The notes beneath the pieces were generated by a model. It was not told where the DNA came from and ran no database searches. It saw only the letters and a list, made by a program, of their open reading frames with translations. A DNA stretch of 64,000 nucleotides from Kiloniellaceae bacterium (GTDB taxonomy: Bacteria; Pseudomonadota; Alphaproteobacteria; Kiloniellales; J153): positions 10,107 through 74,106 of the forward strand of contig JAJFGJ010000016.1 of assembly GCA_021776175.1 (NCBI GenBank). The letters are read 5' to 3'. Position 1 is the first letter of the stretch. The number at the start of each line of letters is the position of its first letter. Of this stretch, positions 1 to 7,682 are shown one piece after another. The position numbers and the translations under genes were made by a program.

Positions 1-105
1 GATCTCTACCGTGTATTCGCGCGAGTACCCAGCGTAATCGCGCACCGGCCCCTTGGCCCCGCCGGTCCAGGTCAAACGCGCCGCGTAGCTATGTTCCTTA
101 GCCAT
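1..105 (-). CDS. OsmC/Ohr-family protein, N-terminal fragment (gene runs off the window start)
   Basis: Hand translation from reverse-strand ATG at 105 gives MAKEHSYAARLTWTGGAKGPVRDYAGYSREYTVEI, a typical OsmC-family N-terminus. Too short for the ORF track. Confidence 0.55.
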   Translation of the reverse strand, partial: MAKEHSYAARLTWTGGAKGPVRDYAGYSREYTVEI

Positions 106-199
106 TCCCCCCCCTTTTTGAGCCCTACTCCCCCCGCCACCGCCGGTTCCGGCGGGTCTTAAATCTCACTTCTGCGGATGAGTGTAGCCTGTGGACGGC

Positions 200-592
200 T
201 CAGGGTGAAATGCTAGGGTCTGTTGACAATTTGGATGGCGCCGAGGCGCCCCAATAGCCGATCGCGGCGGCAAGCTCGCCGGCATGGGCCCGTGCCGCCG
301 GGGCGCCCTGGTCTGGCCCTTCGTAGCGTCCCAGTTCGGCCAGCAAATGAAAAAAGCCGCGCCCCGGTAAGTTCTCGCCGATCCGGCTGACCGCGAGCGC
401 GGCGATCAAGGGCTGCCCGGCGGCATGATCTTCGCGCGCCAAGGCCTCGAGCGCCAGAGTCAGTTTGCGAATGCCGTGGGGCGGCGGGACCGGGACCAGG
501 GCCGCCAGATCGCGGTAGCAGATCGTGCGCCCGGCGCGTGCGAGCGGCAGCAGCGCGGCCCGCACGGCCTCGATCAGGTCGCGGTCCATCAT
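200..592 (-). CDS. hypothetical protein (possible winged-helix-like fold)
   Basis: 130-aa ORF with protein-like composition. The overlapping 213..905 ORF is an R/P/G-rich artefact. The layout ICYRDLA...G.RKL..AL is loosely like MGMT/Atl DNA-binding domains, but no catalytic motif is present. Family not recognised. Confidence 0.5.
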   Translation of the reverse strand: MMDRDLIEAVRAALLPLARAGRTICYRDLAALVPVPPPHGIRKLTLALEALAREDHAAGQPLIAALAVSRIGENLPGRGFFHLLAELGRYEGPDQGAPAARAHAGELAAAIGYWGASAPSKLSTDPSISP

Positions 593-605
593 GGTGCCTA
601 GGATA

Positions 606-680
606 CCCCCGCGCCGAAGGGCGCGAAAACCCCCCGCGCCGAAGGGCGCGAAATAATCTCCGAGCCGAAGGGCGCGAAAA
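606..680. repeat. Three tandem copies (25-26 bp period) of a GC hairpin unit CGCGCC-GAAG-GGCGCG followed by AAA(A/T)
   Basis: Hairpin cores at 610-625, 635-650 and 661-676. The third core has CGAGCC as its left arm. The 23-nt stretch cccccgcgccgaagggcgcgaaa is identical at 606-628 and 631-653. Confidence 0.9.
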
Positions 681-685
681 GGGTC

Positions 686-817
686 CTAAAAATCTGTAAT
701 GAGTGGCAGGGTCAGGACCAGGAGGAAAGGAATGGCGAACAAGCCCCCAGCAAGAAAAGCCAGGCAATCGTACACGAACAGGGGGTTCTTTTTTGGCTTG
801 GAAATTCGCTGTGTCAT
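686..817 (-). CDS. 43-aa predicted single-pass membrane peptide (copy 1), not in the ORF track
   Basis: Hand translation gives MTQRISKPKKNPLFVYDCLAFLAGGLFAIPFLLVLTLPLITDF*. ATG at 815-817, TAG at 686-688, and a GAGAGG Shine-Dalgarno 9 nt upstream. It has the same length as the ORF at 2616..2747 and 15/43 gapless identity to it. Confidence 0.6.
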   Translation of the reverse strand: MTQRISKPKKNPLFVYDCLAFLAGGLFAIPFLLVLTLPLITDF

Positions 818-883
818 GATCTCGACCTCTCCGCGGCGGGGCGCGTGACCCCTCGGGTTCATGTTCCGGCTTCGATGGTCTTG

Positions 884-959
884 ATTTAATCGAAGGCCGC
901 TTCACGCGGATGTGATGCCGGTCACAACGGCACCGGCCCAGGTGTGACCGGGGTCACAC
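884..959 (-). promoter_or_regulatory. Predicted CRP/FNR-family-dependent promoter with two perfect TGTGA-N6-TCACA sites and a -10 candidate
   Basis: TGTGATGCCGGTCACA lies at 911-926 and TGTGACCGGGGTCACA at 943-958. The second sits within the 18-bp perfect palindrome 942-959. Site centres are 32 bp apart. A reverse-strand TTAAAT at 884-889 lies 30-35 nt downstream of the proximal centre, as expected for a site at -41.5. Confidence 0.55.
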
Positions 960-1019
960 GGGCGATATTTTTCATGCATCTAGCGGAAATCGGAGCCCGG
1001 AGGCGGCCCTAAGCCAAGT

Positions 1020-1661
1020 TCACGCCAAGATCCGCGCCGAATCCATAAGCTCGACCCCGGCCTCGATCATCGCGCGTTTGGCGGCCGCGAGGGAGCCTTC
1101 CAGGTCGATGGCGCGGCAGGCGTCCTCGACGACCACGGCGGTAAAACCCTCGCGCGCGGCATCGACGGCCGAGAAATGAACGCAGAAGTCGGTCGCCAGC
1201 CCGGCCAGGAACACGCGGGTGAACCCGCGCGTGCGCAGGTATCCGCTCAGGCCAGTCGGGGTCGCGCGGTCGTTCTCGAAAAACGCTGAGTAGGAGTCGA
1301 TTTCGGGCCGGAAGCCCTTGCGGACGATCAACTCGCCGCGGTCCGATTGAAGATCCTTGTGAAGTTCCGCGCCCGGCGTGCCCTGAACGCAATGATCCGG
1401 CCATAAGGTTTGGGTGCCGTAATCCACCTCCAGCGTTTCGAAGGGAGCGCGCCCCGCATGGCTGGACGCGAAGGATCGATGCCCCGCTGGATGCCAGTCC
1501 TGGGTCAGCACGACATGCGCGAAACACGCGGCCAGGCGGTTGATGAGCGGCACAACCGCGTCGCCTTCCGGCACCGCCAGGCCGCCGCCGGGGCAAAAAT
1601 CGTTCTGGACATCGATCAGAAGCAAAACATCCGATGCCTGGGGGACAAGAAGTTCCGTCAT
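1020..1661 (-). CDS. pncA: nicotinamidase/pyrazinamidase
   Basis: 213-aa ORF with isochorismatase-fold nicotinamidase signatures LLIDVQNDFCPGG and QDWHP, and a catalytic Cys context ATDFCV. Confidence 0.9.
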   Translation of the reverse strand: MTELLVPQASDVLLLIDVQNDFCPGGGLAVPEGDAVVPLINRLAACFAHVVLTQDWHPAGHRSFASSHAGRAPFETLEVDYGTQTLWPDHCVQGTPGAELHKDLQSDRGELIVRKGFRPEIDSYSAFFENDRATPTGLSGYLRTRGFTRVFLAGLATDFCVHFSAVDAAREGFTAVVVEDACRAIDLEGSLAAAKRAMIEAGVELMDSARILA

Positions 1662-1676
1662 GGCGGTTTCCAGGAT

Positions 1677-2477
1677 TCAGACCGCCCCGAAGGCGAGCAC
1701 GGCCATGGAAAGGCTGCCATAGGAAAAGCCGCGATGCAAAACCCGGCCGGGCGTGGGGCCCTGGCCATCCGGTTCCGCGCCCGCGCCCATGGCGACGGCA
1801 ATCGGCAGGTAGTGATCGTCGCTGGGATGGGCCCGTTCGGCCTGCGGCGCACGCCGCAGATAGTCGGCGATGGCCGCGCTGTCGCCGGCCTCGACCGCTT
1901 CAACCAGCCAGTCCTCGAAGGCCTGGGCCCAATCCGGCGTGGCCGTGCCAGCGCGCCATTCCGCGAGATTGTGGGTCGCAGTGCCGCTACACACAACCAG
2001 GATTCCCTCGGCGCGCAGCGGCGCCAACGCCCGGCCAAGCGCCAGGTGCGCGGCGGCATCGGCCCCGGCATGAAGCGAAAGCTGGGCGACCGGAATATCA
2101 GCCTCGGGATACATGAGCATCAGCGGTTCCCAGGCCCCGTGATCGAGTCCGCGCACCGGATCCAGCGCGCACTCCATGCCCGCCGCTTGAATCGACTCCG
2201 CCGCGCGGCGGGCGGCCTCGGGGGCGCCCGGAGCCGGATAGCGCAGCTCGTAAAGCGGTTCGGGAAAGCCGAAGAAATCGTGGATGGTCTCGGGTGCTTC
2301 ACTCACGCTCGCGCACGGCGTGGGCGCGATCCAATGGGCCGAAACGCAAAGCACCGCGTTCGGCCTCGGCAGGTCTTGGCCAAGTTTCGCTAGAACGGCG
2401 GCGACAGGCAGATCGTCGAGGACCATGCTCGGCGGGCCATGGGAGACGAAAAGACTGGGGAGAGCGGAAGCGGACAT
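1677..2477 (-). CDS. class III extradiol dioxygenase (4,5-DOPA dioxygenase / YgiD-like)
   Basis: Track ORF 1677..2513 trimmed to the ATG at 2477 (MSASALPSLFVSHGPP...). Motifs FVSHGPP, SAHW and CSGTATHN are typical of the LigB/YgiD family. Confidence 0.8.
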   Translation of the reverse strand: MSASALPSLFVSHGPPSMVLDDLPVAAVLAKLGQDLPRPNAVLCVSAHWIAPTPCASVSEAPETIHDFFGFPEPLYELRYPAPGAPEAARRAAESIQAAGMECALDPVRGLDHGAWEPLMLMYPEADIPVAQLSLHAGADAAAHLALGRALAPLRAEGILVVCSGTATHNLAEWRAGTATPDWAQAFEDWLVEAVEAGDSAAIADYLRRAPQAERAHPSDDHYLPIAVAMGAGAEPDGQGPTPGRVLHRGFSYGSLSMAVLAFGAV

Positions 2478-2519
2478 GGCCGCTAAGATACCCGGACCGC
2501 GCATCGAGCACAAAAGCCC

Positions 2520-2555
2520 AAAAAAAGTGCGTGACCCCCTATATGGAGACCACGC
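2520..2555 (-). terminator. Rho-independent terminator downstream of small-peptide gene copy 2
   Basis: The reverse strand reads GCGUGGUCUC-CAUAUAG-GGGGUCACGC. This is a 10-bp stem including G-U pairs, followed by AC and a run of 7 U (plus-strand A run at 2520-2526). Confidence 0.7.
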
Positions 2556-2615
2556 AAGTTTACCCGGAGGAAACGAACCGGCGGAAGAACACCGCCAATT
2601 CGCACGGGCGGAGAC

Positions 2616-2747
2616 CTAAAATCCGGCGATAAAGGGCGAAGCGAAGATCAAGGCGAAGGGCGCGGCCAGTACGGTGCCAGCCAAGACCGCCAGGACATCG
2701 AGTGTGGCGATCGAAGTTTTGTGTAGAAAGTTGGAGTGCTTTGCCAT
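2616..2747 (-). CDS. 43-aa predicted single-pass membrane peptide (copy 2)
   Basis: Track ORF 2616..2816 trimmed to the ATG at 2747, giving MAKHSNFLHKTSIATLDVLAVLAGTVLAAPFALIFASPFIAGF*. The same GAGAGGTC(A/G)AG Shine-Dalgarno context as copy 1 precedes it. Paralogous to 686..817. Confidence 0.6.
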   Translation of the reverse strand: MAKHSNFLHKTSIATLDVLAVLAGTVLAAPFALIFASPFIAGF

Positions 2748-2798
2748 GGGCTTGACCTCTCGCGTCGTGGGGCGCTTGGCCCCGTGCTCATGACTTGG

Positions 2799-2874
2799 AT
2801 TTGGCCACGAAAACACTCACGAGAAAGTGACACGCATCACGGCACCGCGAGCGCGCGTGTGACCGCGGTCACAC
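2799..2874 (-). promoter_or_regulatory. Predicted CRP/FNR-family-dependent promoter with the same two-site architecture as 884..959
   Basis: A perfect TGTGACCGCGGTCACA lies at 2858-2873, within the 18-bp palindrome 2857-2874. An imperfect aGTGACACGCATCACg lies at 2826-2841. Centres are again 32 bp apart. A reverse-strand CCAAAT at 2799-2804 sits at the same offset from the proximal centre as in copy 1. Confidence 0.5.
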
Positions 2875-2948
2875 CGGGCCGATTTTTCTGCGGGAGGACG
2901 TCGAGGGCTTGCCCTCGCGGATATCGTTCTAGGAAAGAAGCGCCGGCG

Positions 2949-3734
2949 CTACTGGGTCAAGCTGTCCAAACGCATGAGGCCGGCGCCCATAACCGGGCCG
3001 TGGCGGCCCTGCTGCACAAGCACGGCGCACCCGAAACTGCCCCGTGCCGCGGCGCCATCCAGATTGAGCGGGATTTCCAAACGCTTGCCCATCCAGGTTC
3101 CCAGGCGCTCCAATCGCCGCACGACATTGACGTTATGGATGGTGCGGCCCTCGTTTTCGCCGCGCTTTACTTGTGTATCGTGACTTTCGTCAAAAATAGC
3201 GAGCCAAATCGTGGCGCCCCGATCGGGTGCGTGGCCTTCGGATATAACGACCGTGCCGCCGTTACCGGGGATAAAATCGACGGCGACGGGCTTGCGGCGC
3301 TCAGCCGCCACCTCAAGCGAGGCCAAGATCTCGTCACGGTGGGAACCGATAATATTTTCGCGGCCGTCGATGACCATTTGCGGCGTATAAATGTAGCGCA
3401 GGCCTAATTCCCCGGCGTAGGCGCGCTGGCGTTCCGTGTTTCGCGGGTTGCCGTAGGGATCTTTCCAGCCGATGTAGTCCCAATAATCCACATGCAGCGA
3501 TAGGGCGATTACGTCGCCGCGCGCGGCCAACTCGCCCAGCAAGGCATCTGCGGGCGGGCAGGAGCTACACCCCTGGGAGGTGAAGAGCTCAACCACGACC
3601 GGCTGCATGGCGGCGCCGGAATTAGAGATTTGTGCCCGGCCGGCGCCGGGGGCGGCGGCGAGCACGGCGCACAACAAGACCACCCAGGCCAAGCTAGACG
3701 CTAGGCATCGAAAAACTTGAATCACTCTTAGCAT
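2949..3734 (-). CDS. DUF1223 domain protein (secreted thioredoxin-like)
   Basis: 261-aa ORF with an N-terminal signal-like segment. Carries the hallmark ELFTSQGCSSCPPAD and YWDYIGW motifs of DUF1223. Confidence 0.85.
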   Translation of the reverse strand: MLRVIQVFRCLASSLAWVVLLCAVLAAAPGAGRAQISNSGAAMQPVVVELFTSQGCSSCPPADALLGELAARGDVIALSLHVDYWDYIGWKDPYGNPRNTERQRAYAGELGLRYIYTPQMVIDGRENIIGSHRDEILASLEVAAERRKPVAVDFIPGNGGTVVISEGHAPDRGATIWLAIFDESHDTQVKRGENEGRTIHNVNVVRRLERLGTWMGKRLEIPLNLDGAAARGSFGCAVLVQQGRHGPVMGAGLMRLDSLTQ

Positions 3735-3887
3735 GGCCAGACGATACGAAGCCCCTCGATCATAAGCGAATCACGTTCCAGTGAGACGGAAACCTTGGCT
3801 CAAATACCTGAAAACAATATGAAAAGAGTGTTAATTCGCGGCGGCCGGGCTTGCCCGCCCCAAAGCCCCTTGTCATAGTCGCCCCGG

Positions 3888-3927
3888 CGCGATCCGCGCT
3901 AAACCAACCACGCGATCCGCGCTAAAC
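3888..3927. repeat. 17-bp perfect direct repeat CGCGATCCGCGCTAAAC x2 (23-bp period)
   Basis: Copies at 3888-3904 and 3911-3927, ending 37 bp upstream of the ATG at 3964. Confidence 0.9.
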
Positions 3928-3963
3928 TAGCCGCGTGAACCACGCCCAAACTAAAGGCCCAAC

Positions 3964-4587
3964 ATGATCTATCTCCTGCGCCACGGTGAGACCGTGTGGA
4001 ACCGCGAAGGCTGGAATCAGGGCCACCGCGATTCACCCCTAACGCGCAGGGGCATCGCCCAGGCCGAGGCCATGGGCCGGTGCCTGCTGGGTGAGATCGA
4101 AGAACCGCGCCCCTGGGCGATCGTGGCCAGCCCACTGGGTCGGGCTTGGCAGAGCGCGGCCATCGTCTCGGAAGTGCTGGGCCTGGAGCCGCACGCCATT
4201 ACCCATGAGACGCGCCTGATGGAGATAGAGTTCGGTGAGTGGGAGGGGCGCGGCTTCGACCAGATCGAGGCGGATCGACCCGGTATCTTGGCTCAGCGCG
4301 CGGCCGATAAATGGCGGTTTCGTCCACCGGGCGGGGAAAGCTACGCCGACTTGAACGCGCGCGTCGCGTCATGGTTATCCCCCGTATCAGCCTGGGCGAA
4401 ACTCATCGTGGTGTGCCATGGCGGCACCGGGCGCATCCTGCGAGGTTGCTTCGCTCAACTATCGCGGGAGGTCACCATGAACCTGGACAATCCCCAAGAT
4501 GAGCTCTACCGCCTGCACGACGGCCGCTTCGAGGTTCTGAAAACCGGATTCGACAGTGCCGATGTCACCGCCGACACCGCCCCGTGA
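3964..4587 (+). CDS. histidine phosphatase family protein (phosphoglycerate-mutase-like)
   Basis: 207-aa ORF with the N-terminal catalytic motif LLRHGETVWN and a later CHGG. Confidence 0.85.
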   Translation: MIYLLRHGETVWNREGWNQGHRDSPLTRRGIAQAEAMGRCLLGEIEEPRPWAIVASPLGRAWQSAAIVSEVLGLEPHAITHETRLMEIEFGEWEGRGFDQIEADRPGILAQRAADKWRFRPPGGESYADLNARVASWLSPVSAWAKLIVVCHGGTGRILRGCFAQLSREVTMNLDNPQDELYRLHDGRFEVLKTGFDSADVTADTAP

Positions 4588-5468
4588 ATGCCGCGCTCTA
4601 CGCCTTGACGGTTTTTTGCTGGGGCACGAGCTGGCTGGCCGTGAAGCTTCATCTGGGCGTGGTCGCGCCCGAGGTATCGCTGCTTTACCGCTTCATCCTG
4701 GCCGCCGCCATAACCTCGGCGCTCTGTTTCGCGATGCGCAAGCCCATGCGTTTTTCCGCCGGCAATCATCTCTTCATGGCCATGCAGGGGATGTTCCTGT
4801 TCTCGGCGAATTTTTTCCTGATCTACCTGGGCATGGAATATTTGACCTCCGGATTGGCGGCGGTGATTTTTTCCATGGTCATCGTGTTCAACATCTTCGG
4901 TAGCGCGCTTTTGTTCCACACGCGCGTTGCGCCGCGCGTCCTGCTCGGTGCCGCCTGCGGCCTGAGCGGCTTGGTCTTGGTTTTCTGGCCCGAGGTCGCC
5001 GCGTTCGATCTGGGCGTCGAGGGGACCCGCGGCCTCCTCCTGGCGCTAACCGGCACATTCTTCGCCGCTTGCGGCATGTTGACCTCGGCCTGGAATCAAC
5101 GCCACCGCGCCTTGCCGGTGTTCCAAACCAACGCCTACGGCATGGCCTATGGGGCGGCGATCACGCTTGTTCTTTGCTTGCTGCGCGGCAGTTCCTTCGA
5201 CTTCGATCCGGCACCGCTTTATACCGGGTCCTTGATTTACCTTGCCGTGTTCTCGACCGTGCTCGGGTTCTGGAGCTACCTGACCTTGGTGGGGCGCATC
5301 GGCGCCGGGCGCGCGGCCTACGCGACCGCCCTCTTTCCCCTGGTCGCACTGGCACTGTCCACGGTGTTCGAGAACTACGCTTGGAGTGGCCAGGCCGCCG
5401 CCGGGGTCGCGCTGATCCTGCTCGGCAACGTCGCGATCCTGGCCAAGGCGAAGGCCCGCGAACCTTAA
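4584..5468 (+). CDS. DMT-superfamily (EamA-type) transporter
   Basis: 294-aa polytopic ORF with about 10 hydrophobic segments and two EamA-like halves. Its GTG start overlaps the upstream TGA. Confidence 0.8.
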   Translation: MNAALYALTVFCWGTSWLAVKLHLGVVAPEVSLLYRFILAAAITSALCFAMRKPMRFSAGNHLFMAMQGMFLFSANFFLIYLGMEYLTSGLAAVIFSMVIVFNIFGSALLFHTRVAPRVLLGAACGLSGLVLVFWPEVAAFDLGVEGTRGLLLALTGTFFAACGMLTSAWNQRHRALPVFQTNAYGMAYGAAITLVLCLLRGSSFDFDPAPLYTGSLIYLAVFSTVLGFWSYLTLVGRIGAGRAAYATALFPLVALALSTVFENYAWSGQAAAGVALILLGNVAILAKAKAREP

Positions 5469-5578
5469 CCGCCCTCGTGCGCCGCCTCGTGGCGGGCCTG
5501 ACCGGTCACTGGCAAGGGGCTACCGGAGCCGCCATAATGACGGCAAATTAGCTTCATTTGAAAATTGAAGGCTGGGCC

Positions 5579-6628
5579 ATGCGGGCCCTGAATAACCCGA
5601 TGAAACCGACGCTCCTGAACCGGTTATCCGATTTTCCCAGAGTCCCGCTGACACAGGCGCCGACGCCCATAGAATCCCTGCCTCGCCTTGGCGCCGAGCT
5701 GGGGATCGAGCTGTTCGTGAAACGAGACGACATGACCGGACTGGCCATGGGCGGCAATAAGGCGCGCCAGCTTGAGTTCTATTTCGGGGCGGCCCGGGCG
5801 GCCAAGGCCGATACGATCCTGATTACCGGCGCGAAGCAGTCCAACTTCATTCGCATGGCCGCCGCCGCCGCCGCGCGCCTGGGCATGGCCGCCCATGTGC
5901 AACTGGAAAACCGGGTGCCGGGCATGGGCGCGGACTACGCGCGCTCCGGCAATGTATTGCTCATGGATCTCTTGGGCGCCAAGCAATACACCTACCCGCA
6001 CGGTGAAGACGAAGCCGGGGCGGACGCCCGATTGCACGAACTGGCGGCGGAAATCCGTGCTCAGGGAGGCCGGCCCTATGTGATCCCCCTGGCGCCCAAT
6101 CACCCACCGCTGGGGGCGCTCGGCTATGTCGTCGCGGCCCAGGAAATCTCGGATCAAATGGCAGCGTCGGAACAGGACTTCGATTGCGTGGTTGTCGCCT
6201 CCGGCAGCGGCTTGACCCATGGCGGTCTCTTGTTCGGCCTGCGGGCATGCAGCCGCGACGTGCCGGTTCAGGGTATATGCGTGCGCCGTCCGGCGGACCC
6301 GCAAGCGGACCGGATCGCGTCCAAGTGCCAGGAAATCGCGGCCATGCTTGACGTGGCGTCCCCGGTGACGGCACAAGACATCCGGCTTGACGACGGGGCA
6401 CTCGCACCCGGATACGGCCAGCCAAGCGAGGCTGTCAATGAAGCGATCCGCCTGACCGCCACGCGCGAGGGTTTGCTGCTCGACCCGGTCTATACCGGCA
6501 AGGTCATGGCCGGCTTGATCGCCTTGGCCAGGGGCGGGGCCTGGCCCAAGGGCGCGCGCGTCCTGTTTATTCACACCGGCGGCACCCCGGCCCTCTTCGC
6601 CTATGGCGAGGAACTGCGCGGCAAGTAA
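5579..6628 (+). CDS. PLP-dependent D-cysteine desulfhydrase / ACC deaminase family protein
   Basis: Track ORF starts at a TTG at 5558. The ATG at 5579 has a GAAGG Shine-Dalgarno 8 nt upstream. The lysine motif GGNKARQLEF and overall length fit the DcyD/AcdS family. Confidence 0.8.
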   Translation: MRALNNPMKPTLLNRLSDFPRVPLTQAPTPIESLPRLGAELGIELFVKRDDMTGLAMGGNKARQLEFYFGAARAAKADTILITGAKQSNFIRMAAAAAARLGMAAHVQLENRVPGMGADYARSGNVLLMDLLGAKQYTYPHGEDEAGADARLHELAAEIRAQGGRPYVIPLAPNHPPLGALGYVVAAQEISDQMAASEQDFDCVVVASGSGLTHGGLLFGLRACSRDVPVQGICVRRPADPQADRIASKCQEIAAMLDVASPVTAQDIRLDDGALAPGYGQPSEAVNEAIRLTATREGLLLDPVYTGKVMAGLIALARGGAWPKGARVLFIHTGGTPALFAYGEELRGK

Positions 6629-6632
6629 TCGA

Positions 6633-7682
6633 TTACGCCGAGTTCCCAGCGTCAGGCATGCGGCCTTCCTCGACCGCGTGGCACGCGACCTGACCGCCGG
6701 TCCTTGGCAGCGACGGGGGCACCTCGGCCCGGCAGCGGTCGCTCGCGAAGGGGCAACGCGGATGGAAGTGGCAGCCGCTGGGCGGATGGATAGGACTGGG
6801 AACCTCGCCGGCGACCGCCTGGCGCGGACGGCCGGTCATCTCCAGGTCCGGAATCGCGTCGAGCAGCAGGCGGGTATAGGGATGCTGCGGGTTGTGAAAC
6901 ACCTCTTCCGCCGGCGCCCACTCGACCAGGCGGCCCAGGTACATGACCCCGACGTAATCGGAAATGTGATAGACGACGGCCATGTCGTGGCTGATGAAGA
7001 AGTAGGTCAGGCCCAGCTCGCGCTGCAGGTCTTTCATCAGGTTCAAGACCTGCGCTTGAACCGACACGTCGAGCGCGCTGGTCGGTTCGTCGCAAACCAG
7101 AAACTCGGGATTGCTGGCCAGCGCCCGGGCGATCGAGATGCGCTGGCGCTGACCGCCGGAAAATTCGTGCGGGAACTTTTCCCCGTCGCGCGCCGAGAGG
7201 CGGACTTGTTCCAGCAATTCGCCGACCCGGTGCAGGACATCGCGGCTGTCGTCGATCAAACGGTGCGTTCGAATCGGCTCGGCGACAATGTCGGCCACGC
7301 GCCAGCGCGGATTGAGGCTGGCGAAGGGATCTTGAAAGATCATCTGCATGCGCTTGCGCACCGGTTCCATGGCCTTGCGCGTGGCTAGGCTCGCCAAGTC
7401 GACGCCATCGAACTCGACATGCCCCTCGGTCGGTTTATAAAGCCCGACGACTAGGCGCGCGACCGTTGATTTGCCGCAGCCGGACTCGCCGACCAGGCTG
7501 AAGGTCTTGCCTCTTTCAATCTCGAAATCTATGCCATCGACGGCACGCAGGATCGACCGGCCGCCGCCTTGAAGCGCCCGCGTGACGAAGGGCGGCGAGA
7601 CATCGAAATGTTTCGCCAGGCCGCGCACCCGCAATAGCGGCGCGTCGCCCTCCGGCTGTCTTGCTTGCACCGCCTCAGCCAT
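6633..7682 (-). CDS. Opp/Dpp-type ABC transporter ATP-binding protein (DppF/OppF-like)
   Basis: Track ORF trimmed to the ATG at 7682, which overlaps the upstream stop by 8 nt. Walker A is GESGCGKST, the signature is FSGGQRQR, and a C-terminal oligopeptide-type Cys-rich tail is present. Confidence 0.9.
   Translation of the reverse strand: MAEAVQARQPEGDAPLLRVRGLAKHFDVSPPFVTRALQGGGRSILRAVDGIDFEIERGKTFSLVGESGCGKSTVARLVVGLYKPTEGHVEFDGVDLASLATRKAMEPVRKRMQMIFQDPFASLNPRWRVADIVAEPIRTHRLIDDSRDVLHRVGELLEQVRLSARDGEKFPHEFSGGQRQRISIARALASNPEFLVCDEPTSALDVSVQAQVLNLMKDLQRELGLTYFFISHDMAVVYHISDYVGVMYLGRLVEWAPAEEVFHNPQHPYTRLLLDAIPDLEMTGRPRQAVAGEVPSPIHPPSGCHFHPRCPFASDRCRAEVPPSLPRTGGQVACHAVEEGRMPDAGNSA

Noticed and set aside
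606-680. Possible CRISPR array or canonical intrinsic terminators
   Set aside because: There are only three units, with spacers of about 9-10 bp and no cas genes, so this is not a CRISPR array. On the transcribed strand the U runs precede rather than follow each stem, so the hairpins do not fit the intrinsic-terminator model.
213-905. 230-aa reverse-strand ORF spanning the hypothetical gene, the hairpin repeats and the small-peptide gene
   Set aside because: It is extremely rich in R/P/G/A, which is typical of off-frame translation of GC-rich DNA. It runs across intergenic hairpin repeats and overlaps better-supported frames.
942-959. Reading the 18-bp palindrome as a PpsR/CrtJ (TGT-N12-ACA) or FNR/FixK (TTGAT-N4-ATCAA) box
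   Set aside because: The TGT...ACA spacing here is N10, not N12. The half-sites are TGTGA/TCACA rather than TTGAT/ATCAA. The nearby TTGATTTAATCGAA (881-894) matches only one FNR half-site.
1410-2393. 327-aa forward ORF antisense to pncA and the dioxygenase gene
   Set aside because: It has R/G/A-rich low-complexity composition and no recognisable family. It is fully antisense to two genes with clear family motifs.
6629-6632. Very short gaps between convergent stop codons (6628/6633, 16240/16250, 28613/28620)
   Set aside because: The gaps are real in the sequence and imply terminators embedded in the opposing genes or overlapping 3' ends. I regard this as general genome compactness rather than a specific system. 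It is mentioned only under the nicotinate-type locus.
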